Origin: Camelus ferus
Lineage: Eukaryota
Assembly (NCBI RefSeq): GCF_009834535.1
Contig: NC_045696.1
Coordinates: forward strand, 79,796,001-79,860,000
DNA: 64,000 nt
Reading direction: 5' to 3'
The translations under genes and the position numbers were made by a program. Position 1 is the first letter of the stretch. Every line of letters starts with the position of its first letter. This document shows positions 25,721 through 36,700 of this stretch, one piece after another. Below the pieces are notes generated by a model. The model was not told where the DNA came from. It ran no database searches and saw only the letters and a list, made by a program, of their open reading frames with translations.

Positions 25721-26441
25721 CCAAATCTCCATTCAAATATTTTTAGTAATACAGGATTAACTGTTCAGCTGCTCTTTAGAAATTCTCTTGAAAAGTTCTG
25801 AAGAGTTTGGACTATGCACTGCCCTGCTATGTTTCAGGGCCTGGGGTTCACTACAGCCAGAACATCTTACATCACATAATCTTTCTTTTAACATTAGGAT
25901 ATATTGATAAGAGATTATGCAAAAACATACTGACATTTCACCTGAATGATTAGTGAATAATTTTCCTCTATCCTACTTTTAAGAGAAAACTCTTAAAAGT
26001 CACAATATTGATTAATACACTCCCTTCATCTACATAATATAATATATTCTTCAAACTTTTTATTATCCCTGAGTGGCTATAAAATCTCAGCTGTTTAAAA
26101 TGATTTTTTTCAGATTTATAACATTTCATAAAATTTTTAGGTGTAAAAAATATTTGTACTGAGCTAAAACTGTCCTAGCCTCATGGGTGGTTTTTTAAAA
26201 GTGTTATACTCTCCAAAGCATAACATCAGTGTATGTACTGTGAGAAAGAAAATAACCATTGGTAGTGCTAGTTTAAACAAAAAATTTATACTAGACAGAA
26301 TTTTACACCTGATAGTAACAGTATGGATTAAATGACCCCAGAACTCCATTATTTCTGGGCTTAGAAAAAAAAAATCTCTTGGTATCCACAAACATTAATT
26401 TCTAGAATATTTTATATGTTTTTTGTTTGAGCATTAAAAAA

Positions 26442-26680
26442 AAGTTTTTGAAGTATAGTCAGTTTACAATGTTGTGTTAATTTCTGGTGTACACCATAGT
26501 GATTCAGGTATACAAATATATATATCTTTTCATATTCTTTTTCATTATAGGCCATTACAAGGTATTGAATATAGTTCCCTGTGCTGTACATTAGGCCCTT
26601 GCTGTTTATCTATTTAATACATAGTAGTTAGTATCTGCAAATTCCAAACTTTCAATTCACCCCTTCACACCCCCTCTCCA
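26442..26680 (-). mobile_element. Young L1 3' UTR fragment
   Basis: ttgaagtatagtcagtttacaatgttgtgttaatttctggtgtacac...aatatagttccctgtgctgtaca; reverse complement of the 48024-48330 copy. Confidence 0.9.
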
Positions 26681-26979
26681 GTATACTTTAAATATACACA
26701 TAAACATCTCTGAAATGTTAAAAAGAGAATTTTGGAAGACAATGAAGCATGCTTGGATTTGACTAACTTAAAAGTGACATGAGTAACATACAAATTGAAA
26801 TAGAGTATACTAGCTCATATCAATGATACAATTACATTGCCTTCTGATCATATATGCTAATCCTGCTTCTTCCTCTCTGAAAATTCTTGTTTAGAAACAT
26901 TTATCTCAAAATTGGGGTATTATCCAGATGTCAGCCCCATGGAACTAAGAAGTAAGAAAGATGGAAGTTGCCTTAGGAC

Positions 26980-27690
26980 AGCATTTCCCAAAATGAATTT
27001 CACAAAACTCTAGGCCCTCAAGATATTCTTAAAAGAAAAAAGAAAAAAAAAAAAAAGAGAGATTATCATATTAAGTGAAGCAAGTCAGAGAAAGACAAAT
27101 ATCATATGGTATCACTTACATGTGGAATCTAAAAAAAAAGTGATACAAATTCTATTGACAAACCAAAAACAGAGTCACAGACATAGAAAACAAAGTAGTT
27201 ACCAAAGGGGAAAGGGCAGAGGAGGGATAAATTAGGAGTTTGGGATTAACAGATACTGCTATGTATTAAATAGATAAACAACAAAGACCTACTGCATAGC
27301 ACAGGAGCTTTCAATTTCTTGTAATAATTCATAATGGAAAAGAATCTGAAAAGAAAATATATGTATATATGTAGGTGTATAACTGAATTGCTTTGCTGTA
27401 CACCTGAAACTAACATTGTAAGTCAACGACACTTCAATGAAAAATAAATTTTTTTAGAAAGGGAAAAAAAAATGAGTTTGTTGCTGGAAGGGGATTCTGT
27501 GGTCAAATAAGTTTGTGAAATATGGTATGCTGTGTCTTCCTCCTAGACATTTGCAATATACATTAGTATGTTAAGTAGTTTTAATAGCCCTGCAGTTAAG
27601 CTTATCACCAGCTTATTTGATCTGAGAAACATTTTTGACATAATAACTCCTTAATTTTCTGTGGAACATACAATTTCAGAACTGTTTCTG
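26980..27690. mobile_element. hAT-Charlie MITE (MER112-like) interrupted by L1
   Basis: Starts cagcatttcccaaaatg; resumes after the L1 as ggattctgtggtcaaataagtttgtgaaa...tctgtggaacataca. Confidence 0.45.
27058..27450 (+). mobile_element. Artiodactyl-type L1 3' end
   Basis: gagattatcatattaagtgaagcaagtcagagaaagacaaatatcatatg...ctttgctgtacacctgaaactaac. Confidence 0.9.
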
Positions 27691-27855
27691 TCCTGAAGGA
27701 ATCTGTGGTACTGCAAGGAAAGGAAGGACTCAGAGGCAGTAGAGACCCAGAGTTTCATCTTGTGTCATAACCCACATGACACACCTTTCCATGAGGGTGT
27801 ATGGATGAGAAATCCAGAAAAGAGATCCTTAGAAAAATAAACCTATTCCTCTGCT

Positions 27856-28288
27856 TGTGGTAGATTAAATTATTGGTTCCATTTCTTCACCCCAATCCCC
27901 GCCCAGTCATAGCGTTATACATCCACAGCCTGGCCTTGGTCTCAGCCCTTGACCTCCATATGACTTGCTTTGGCCAATGGGATTTTAGTGGACCTGAAAT
28001 GATCAAAGGCTTTAAATGTGCTTTGTCCAGCTGTCCTCTTATACTATTGCCTTTTCCATGAGAAGATCACGTCTCAGATTGCTTCTGTTGCAAGTCTTTG
28101 TCAACCTAGAATTGACTATCATCTTAGAGCCAAGTCTCACTGATCATAGCCTAGATTGGCCAATCTTGGCCAACCTTAGCCAACCTGCAGATGTACAGAC
28201 AAAAAATAATTGCAGATTGTTCTATGCCAATGAGTTTAGGGGTGGTTTGCTCTATAGTGTTTTCATGGCAATTGCTGAATTATATACT
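27856..28288 (+). mobile_element. MaLR solo LTR (MLT1H-like)
   Basis: tgtggtagatt start; atgacttgctttggccaatgg; tgagtttaggggtggtttg...tggcaattgctga end. Confidence 0.75.
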
Positions 28289-28856
28289 GCTCCGTAGGAG
28301 TTTGCTCCAAAGTAATTAAGGCTGCTATAAATGTCCAAAATAACCGAAAGAGAACATGGGAGTGAAATCAAGTGATGTGTCATAGGGCACTAGATTTGTG
28401 GGTTACTGTTTTTTTAAATTCTCTTAATTCTTAAGTTCTCAAAAACTATGTCCTGTCAAAAGCATATCATTGTTTGATAGCTCACTTGTCTCAGTATGGT
28501 TATCCCAACGTTTCTAAAGAAAACATGCCCTCCCAGACAGCCCAGGTTTCCCCACTTAAACAAAATGAGATAACGAAAAACATTTAATTGGCATGAAAAT
28601 AATTTTAAAAGAAATACATCTGCAGTAATATATTAAGACCAAGGATTCTATAAAAATCTCAATTATTATCAAATGTCTTCAAAGTATTAATTTTAGTTTT
28701 ACTGCTATTCAGCAAAGAGGATGAAGGAGTAGATCAAAAACTCCCCTGACTCATGACCTGGTGGTTCTGGCATGACAACCTTTGGCCCAGCAGGGTCCTC
28801 AACTGCCACCAGTGAAGCCCTCCTCACCAGACCCAGGCAAAGACCCCTATGATCTT

Positions 28857-29000
28857 TTTTTTTTTATATACTTTTTTATTGAGTTATAGTCATTTTACAA
28901 TGTTGTGTGAAATTCCAGTGTAGAGCACAATTTTTCTGTTATACATGAACATATATTCATTGTCACATTTTTTTTCTCTGTGAGCTACCACAGTGATCCA
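28857..29000 (-). mobile_element. Very young, 5'-truncated L1 with perfect 19-bp TSD
   Basis: poly(T) followed by ttattgagttatagtcattttacaatgttgtg...; caaagacccctatgatctt at 28838-28856 and 29001-29019. Confidence 0.92.
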
Positions 29001-29292
29001 CAAAGACCCCTATGATCTTGGCTAGAACTGTGCTTTTTTTCTCCCTATCACACCTGCATCATCTCTTCTTCTCATTCCTGTGTACCATCTAGTCCTTCTC
29101 TCTATTTCTAGAAGTTCCAGCCCCCTCTGCTCCTAGAATTAATCAACTCTGTTTATAAAATGGATGACTGCAGGAATCAAGTGATTCTTGTCTGTAAAAC
29201 TGCCTTACCTGGCTGCTCAATAAATGCTGACCTGTCTCTCCCTTTTCCTGCCTATTGTACCTATCCTTCTTTTTCCCTAATGGTAGTCCAGT

Positions 29293-29624
29293 GAGATAGA
29301 GAGAGAAAGAAAGGAGGGAGGGAGGGGAGAGATGGAGGAAGGAAGGGAAGGAAAGGAAGGGAAGGGAAGGGAAGGACAGGGAAGGGAAGGAACGGGAAGG
29401 AAGGGAAGGGAAGGGAAGGAAAGGGAAGGGAAGTGGAGGAAGGAAGAAGGATGGAAGGAAGGACGGAGAAGGAAGGAAGGAAGAAAGAGGAGAAGAAAGA
29501 AAGAAGAGAGCGGAAAGAAAGAACCGAAAGAAAGAAAAAAAGAAGAACAAGGGAGAAGAGAGAAAGAAAGAAAAGAAAGGAAAGAAAGAAAGGGAGAAAG
29601 AGAGAAAGAAAGAAAGGAAGGAAA
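29293..29624 (+). repeat. GA-rich low-complexity tract (GGAAG / GAAA units)
   Basis: ~330 bp of almost pure purine on the + strand. Confidence 0.95.
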
Positions 29625-29764
29625 TCTCACTAGACTACTTTATCTTTCTCTGTGTGTATATGAATATGAGTGAAGTAGTCATAAATAAGAAACCAGCATT
29701 ATTGATAGCTATTGGTATTCACATTTGTCCTTCTAGGATTTGACTGTGACTAACATTAACAGCC

Positions 29765-30022
29765 AGCTGAAGAGCACACTATCTAAAGAACACAGAATCT
29801 AGATGAAACAGCAGATCTGGATTTGAATCATAGCTTCAGAACTTACTGTATGATAAGCTAGTACCCTCTCTTCAACCCAATTTCTTCATCTGAAAATTGG
29901 GAGTAATAATTTTTAATAAGATACCATCTATGAAAGATAATATCTAATGGGATACTATAGATGAAGAGCTTAGCACAATGCCAAACACACAGTCAGCACT
30001 CAGTAAATGCCAGCTATTATAA
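29765..30022 (+). mobile_element. MIR SINE
   Basis: gatctggatttgaatc...tttcttcatctgaaaattgggagtaataat...gcttagcacaatgcc...cactcagtaaatg. Confidence 0.75.
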
Positions 30023-31769
30023 TTACTGAATAAGAGCTGAGTTTGTATGTGATAGCATATTTACTTTATAATATAAATTACTACCTTGAAACAAGCACAC
30101 TGTTAACATTATCTTCATTTTAAAATCACTGCTTTTATGAGCTGAAATGCAGGGGCAAGAAGGAAGGAAGATTTATTGTATTAATTCATCTCACTCCCGC
30201 CATGTTTCTAATCTGCTTTACACATAACATAAATGGAGTTTAGGGGTATCCCTGAAAAAAACCCTGAAGGTTAATGTGTATCATCTACATGCTTGACAGC
30301 ATAAGCAAATTACTGGCTGGTCAGATCAAGGTGAAACACGGTGAAATGAACACACTGGCCACACCTCTACTTTAAGGCTACCTGAAAGGGAAAAAAAAAA
30401 AAAAAAAAAAAAAAAAAGCTTGAAGCATAGCTATTTTAACAAATAGGAGTAGGAGTGATTAATTACTTTTTACTGTCATTCAACAGCTTATCACCCAGGG
30501 AGTAACCTCATTTCTCCAATTCCCATAAATTTAATAGAGGTCACATCATGGCCTACTTGGCTGAAAAGCACTGTTCCTGAAACCCTGATGGTACTTTTAA
30601 GTCCACCGATGTGTGAACATAATTCTCTGCATCTCTTAGCCCCACACACTCTGTCTCTCCCAGGGAGACACTTTAGTAGATCTATGTGGCACCATGTGGA
30701 AAGTTACAAGGGATGAGCTCTCTGATTCATTCCTCTTTCATGTAACAAGATGAGAAAAAATTTAAAACCAATGGGTGTTATTCTATGGCATAGAGATTCT
30801 TTCCACTCTGTTAAGGGAGTATAAAAAGATATTTATTAAAACTGAAAACTATTAGTTATGAGACCCTTGCAGTGTGAACACTTAGTTTGGTATCTCAAAA
30901 GGAATTGTAAAGATCCCATTGAAAAATTTGCAGGATAAGATGGTGGTTAGCTGTTGTGCCTAAAGTCCATCCCTCTGTATGCATTAACCCACATGAAGAG
31001 ATTTATGAAAAGAAGGCTAACTGCAAAGGCCTGCCAGATGCTAGGTGGAATTTTCCAAAAAACAAAGCCCTAAGAAAGAACGAATGATAAAACATAGATT
31101 ATTACCTCTACCTATTGCATGCCCAACTAAGAGACACAGGGCCTTTAGCAACTAGAATGCCATTAGTCCCCTACTTTGTTCAAGGACACATTCCTGGGGC
31201 TCTCAATGCTATTTCACCCTCTAATTTCACGATTAGTACTCTCTTTTTTATATCTATGCATAAATGCATAAATGTTAATCCCTAATGGAAATTGACAAGC
31301 AATGGTTTATTTCACCTTGAGATATGAAGTTAATGAGAAGAGGTGGTGAAAGAAAGAGTGGTGAACACTGGGGGTTGAAGTTTGTTTTGTTTTTTCCGTC
31401 TTCCAATTCTCCTGGCAAAGAAAGTTATCTATGTAAGTTCTAACAGTACTGAGGCTGGCTGCAAGGAGACTCAGGAAGAAACTACCAACCCAATCTCTAC
31501 CAAACATTTGGCTTAGACCATGCTCTTGTACAGGCAGGCCTTAGGAATCCTGATTCTACACAGTGAAAAGAAAGCAAAAAAAAAAAAAAAAAAAAAAAGA
31601 AGCAGGTGTAATCCTAAAGTCATAGTTTCCAAAAGAAAACCATTAGAAGTTTCACTGAATAAGATGAGTGCTACTGAAGAAGTTCTACTGAATGTCTTAA
31701 CATAGGTGCTAGGTACTAAGGTTTAAAAAATTAGTGAATAGAATAATTTAGGACAATGTGTCTGATGTG

Positions 31770-32105
31770 AAGGCAAGAGAACTTTCGATTAAAAAAAATC
31801 AGTTCTAGCCTCTGTTACTTACTGGGGCAAATCACTAGACCTCTTTTAGCACAGGTTTTCTTCTCTTTTTTTAAATTATGTAAGTTTCAGTAGATTATCA
31901 TTATAATTCAACATCTTTATTCACTACAAAGTGGTCACCAGCACAAGTCTAATTACCATCTATCACTATGCAGTTGACTCCCTTCACGCATCATTTTTAG
32001 TACCTGTCAAATGAGACAAACTGTTTTAACTACTTCATGGAGACATTAAAAAGTCAGATGTAATTATATACATAAAAATGTCTTAGAAATTGTAAAAATT
32101 CATTA
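31770..32105 (+). mobile_element. MIR interrupted by an antisense L1 3' fragment (~31865-31990)
   Basis: MIR halves (ttctagcctctgttacttactggggcaaatcact; acctgtcaaatgag) flank cactacaaagtggtcaccagcacaagtctaattaccatc. Confidence 0.55.
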
Positions 32106-32559
32106 GTAATAGCATCTTTAATACCTTGCCTTTTTTAGAGATCGTCTTCTACATTCCTGGCTTGATATTATCACTTACTGATGCTTGTAGTTTAAAATTC
32201 ATTCTACAATTTAATTTTTGATTTGTTTATAATTTTCTCTATTTCCTCCAATTCCCTAATTTCACTTTTTCAAAATAACCAATGAATACTGCCTCTTCAG
32301 ATTATCTTTTATATTCTGATTTAGGAGAACATCTTCAGGATTTACTGTTGGGCTTTCCAGCCTCTCCATCTTTGGCTCCACTCCTTCTATATTGGCTTCA
32401 TTCTCAGGCAGATGTTTGTCCCATGTAGTAAAGAAGGGTCCCTCAACACTGAGCTCCTGCAGTCATAACACCTGTACCTCAAAAAAGGCTATAACATGAG
32501 GTAGAAACAGTTCTCCAGAGGAGTTCAAGTCTGTAGGATGGGGAAAGAAATGCAGAACA

Positions 32560-33900
32560 TTCCAGAACACCAGACATACATGACTGATCTCATAAAAATT
32601 AACAAGGAAAAGGGTAAGTGTGTAAAAGACAAGTGGTAAAGGATCTCAGCAAACAATCCATAAACCACAAATTGTAAATGACTAACGAATAAACAAAAAG
32701 GTCTATTCTCACAAATAACTAAGAAAAGCAGGTGGCAACATTTTAAAGAATAGTAATAAGCCCACACTTTCTTAAAGAGCTACTGGCAAAAAAGATGGAA
32801 ATAAAAGCTATGATTTTTTTTTCCTGGAGTAAAGCACAGAAGCACACAACACCCTTATATATAAGAAAAACTAAAATAAATGAACTAAGTATTCAACTAA
32901 AGATATTAGTAAAACAAAAAAAATACTATACAGGAACAAAACAAAATAAAACAAAAACACTTAGGAAAGCAAGAGAAAAAAATAACAAAGGCAACATAAA
33001 AACCAAAATCAGTGAATTAGGAAGCAGAGTAGGAGAATTAATAAATTAATCTAAGACTGTGTTGTTTTTAAGAAAACAAAATAATTAAACCCCTGCAATT
33101 CTAATTAAGAAATAAACAGAGAAAACAAAACTGTATGGTACTAAGAGTGAAAAAGGGAATGACACCACTGGCACACAGGCATTTAAAATGTTCTAAGAAT
33201 GTAATATTCTTCAGTGTAATGACAGACTTTGCAATCTTAATGAAACTGATCATTTTCTAGAAAAATATAACAAAATTGATATAAAACATTGAAAACCTTC
33301 ACAGAACAATAATCAAATAAAAGGAGCTGGGCTCAGTTTTTTTAAACTATTTATTTCAAAATGTTCCAGAGTATTGAAAAAGATGAGAATCTTTCCAATT
33401 TGGTTTATACTGTTAGCATAAGCCTGACACCAAAATGTGATAAACATAACTCAAAATAAGTAACGTATTTGGAAAAAATCTAATTATAAATTTCTAAATG
33501 AAAATAATTCAGTAGGAATTAGAACAGCCCAATTTAAAGATGAATAAAACTCAAAACAAGCAGTATACACATACACATGGCCAATAAACATGAGTGGTTA
33601 TGAATCAAATTAAAGTGAGGTGCCATTTTTGCTCATCTGATTAGCAAAGAATAAACAGATTAAAACATTGCTAATAACTAGTGTGCATGAGGATACAGAA
33701 AAACAAGAACTTAAATACCTTGTTGGGAAAAGTATTTTTACAACTTTTCTGGAGAGCACTTTCATGATATGTATTTTCTAAAATATGTTTTTTGAATTGT
33801 AATATATACACCTGACTCAGCAATTCTGATATGCAAGAAGACTTTATAACAGATAGAGTATTACAATTTAGAAATGATCAAATGTGTGGGCAAAGATGCA
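32560..33900 (+). mobile_element. Degraded L1M ORF2
   Basis: A-rich; aaaataaatgaactaagtattcaactaaaga (KINELSIQLK), ccatttttgctcatctgattagcaaaga, caacttttctggagagca. Confidence 0.75.
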
Positions 33901-33974
33901 CAAAGGCTGCTTAATGTATGTTATTTACGACATTAAAAAATTTCAGTGCCACTAGAGAAATTTCTCACTAGGGA

Positions 33975-34169
33975 AAACATTAAATGGGGAGGTCTCATGA
34001 AAAGGATTTGTGTCTTTATAAAAGAGACCCCAGTGAGCTCTCTGACTCTCTTTCTGCCACGGGAAGTTTCAATGAGAAATTGGCAGTCTGCAAACTTAAA
34101 GAGGGACTTCACCAGAATTGGACTATACCGCACCCTGATTTTGGACTTCCATGCCTCCAGAACTATGAG

Positions 34170-34221
<52 letters not shown>

Positions 34222-34277
34222 TTTTAAGCCAACTAGTCCTTAGTTTTTTGTTACAGCAGCCTGATCGGACTAAGGCA
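33975..34277 (+). mobile_element. MaLR LTR (MLT1A-like) containing (AT)21
   Basis: ctttataaaagagaccccag...gcaccctgattttggacttccatgcctccagaactatgagaaa...ttgttacagcagcctgatcggactaaggca. Confidence 0.85.
34172..34213. repeat. (AT)21 microsatellite followed by a T run
   Basis: Direct count. Confidence 0.95.
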
Positions 34278-35419
34278 ATGAGCATGAAACCGATTCTTTG
34301 TAGAGTGATTATTAAATAAGGTAACAGATGGAGAACTCTTAGAACATTGCTTGTAACAGTGAGCACTATTTAAATGTTTGCAATTACCATCATTATAAAA
34401 AGAAGTAGAGTTAATAATGGGGAAAATAAAGCCAGTGATTTAGCAGAAAATCTTGAGACACTCTCCTAAAATGCAGAGGAGAAACAAATCAGAAAGCCTA
34501 ATTGACATGAAGGATAGAGATGGAAGATACAACTTTAGAATTACTTTCGTAAGAAAGAAAATGTCAGTTGGAATGAGAATAATAAAGATGTAAGTGAAGG
34601 AAACTTTTCTAAGTTAAAAAAGAAAAAAATGCTGAGAAAGGAAACACAAATACCTTACCTCTTTCCAGGCAAAATAAATGACAATAGAACACATCTGGAT
34701 TCATGGTAGCAATAATTAAGGATATTTTGAATTGCAAGAATATAGAAAAAATGTATGTTTAGGGAAAAAGAATAAATAAGGAAGTTCTTTTAAATTTTGT
34801 TGTTTCATCAAAAAAAGTATCGTTTTTTTCTTCTCTATATGTTAAATAGATGAATATAAATAGAGAACTATGTATTTAAAGAAATGGTTATGTCTCAAGA
34901 AACATATACTCACCCTCATTCATTTGCATGTGTAAAGCCAGCAAAAATATATTCGCAGCTATGCACGAACTCAGAAAAGTTACCATCCATATAACTAACC
35001 CCTCTTGCAAAAACTACTTGGAAGCGGGTGCTAGCAAACTGAAAGATGGTTAAGAAAAAAAATAATAATAAAGTCATAATACAAAAGGACTTGCCAACTT
35101 CTCTCTGTGAATATCACTAAATACAACCCTCATCTCATGGCAAGTGTCCTCAAACAGGAGATCACAGTAATAGAATGTGGAGGGGCTGATGCAGCCTTTC
35201 ACAATGGCTGCTGAATAAAACTTCAGAGCAAAACTTATTATGAATTATTACCTTTATTTATAAGAATCAGTCCATAATTTGACCCAAAAAATCCTATGGA
35301 AAATTATTTCCTCGGATATGATTGTTCTTCTTAACTCAAACTCCAGTTAAACGTGATAATAGTTGTACTAATACAAAAGGAGGGGGATAAAATGAAAGAT
35401 ACCTAAATCTTAACATGAT

Positions 35420-36700
35420 TTTTTTTAAAGTAAACTTGACTTTGAGGTAATTGTAGATTCTTATGCAGTTGTAAGAAATAATGTAGAGAGATCCCATTTA
35501 CTCTAAGCAGGTTCTTCCATTGGTAAGTTCTTATAAAACTAGTCCTGCCACTACAATATTAACATTCATGCATTCCACCAATCTTAAAATTTCTCCAACT
35601 TTACTCATACTTGTGTGTGTGTGATGTGTGTGTTTATGTCTTCTATGTATCTATCCACCAAAGCCAAGATACAGTACAGTTTACAGTCCTATCACTATGA
35701 GGATTCCTTCCTTTATAACCACAACACCCTTTCTACCCCTAACTGCTCCAATCACTGATCTGTTCTCTATCCCTATAATTTTGTCATGTAATCAAACAGT
35801 ATATAACTTCTTGGGATGAGCTTTTTTCCACTCAGCATAATTCCCTAGGGATTCACTTAAGTTGTTGCATTATCACTCACTTGTTTATTCTTGTAGCTGA
35901 ATAATATTTCACAGAATAGATATACCACAGTTTGTTTAATTATTCACCATTTCAGGGCATCTAGACTGCTTCAAATTTAGGGCTTTTATGAATTAAGTTG
36001 CCATAAACATTCACATATGGATTTCTGGGTGAACGTTAAGTCTTCATTTCTCTGGAATAAGGGCCCAAGGTGCACTTGCTGAGTTGTAAAGTACATGTTT
36101 AGTTTTTTGAGCAACTGCCATATTGTTTTCTCCAGTGGCTGTACCATTTTATATTCCTATCAGCAATGTGTAAGTGATCCAATTCCTGACCATTCTCAGC
36201 TTTTGGTGCTGTCACTATTTTTCATTTTAATAGGTATGTCGTGATATTGTAGTTTTAATTTACATTTCTCTGACAACTAATGATGTCAAACAATAAACAT
36301 GTCAAACACCTTTTTATGAGCTTATGTACCATCTGAATGTTCTCTTCAATAAAAAAATCTGTTCATGTCTTTTGCCCATTTTCCGATTGGATTCTTTTTT
36401 TTTAACTGTTGAGTTTTGATTCCATTATGGTAGAGATATACTCCAAATGATTTTAATATTTTTCTCTTTCTTGAGGTTTGTTTTATTGCCCATGATATGG
36501 TCTATATCAGTGACTTTTCCATGGGTGCTTGAGAAAAATATGTATTCTGCTATTGTTAGGTGGAGTGTTTTATATACATGCCAATTACATTCTGTTGGTT
36601 GATTGTGTCATTCAGACCTTCTGGATCTTTGCTGATTTTTTTTTCCAGTATTTCTATCATTTGCTGAGGGTAGGACATTAAAATATCCAACTATAATTGT
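35420..36700 (-). mobile_element. L1MB/MC 3' end plus ORF2 segments
   Basis: tgcagttgtaagaaataatgtagagagatccc; tataccacagtttgttt; ccagtggctgtaccattttatattcc; tgtattctgctattgttaggtggagtg. Confidence 0.85.

Noticed and set aside
29143..29673. Four ORFs up to 135 aa, rich in K/E/R or F/S/L/P
   Set aside because: Products of the stop-free GA-rich low-complexity tract.
30391..30417. Long poly(A) run suggesting a retrocopy tail
   Set aside because: No upstream pseudogene or retroelement body and no TSD recognised.
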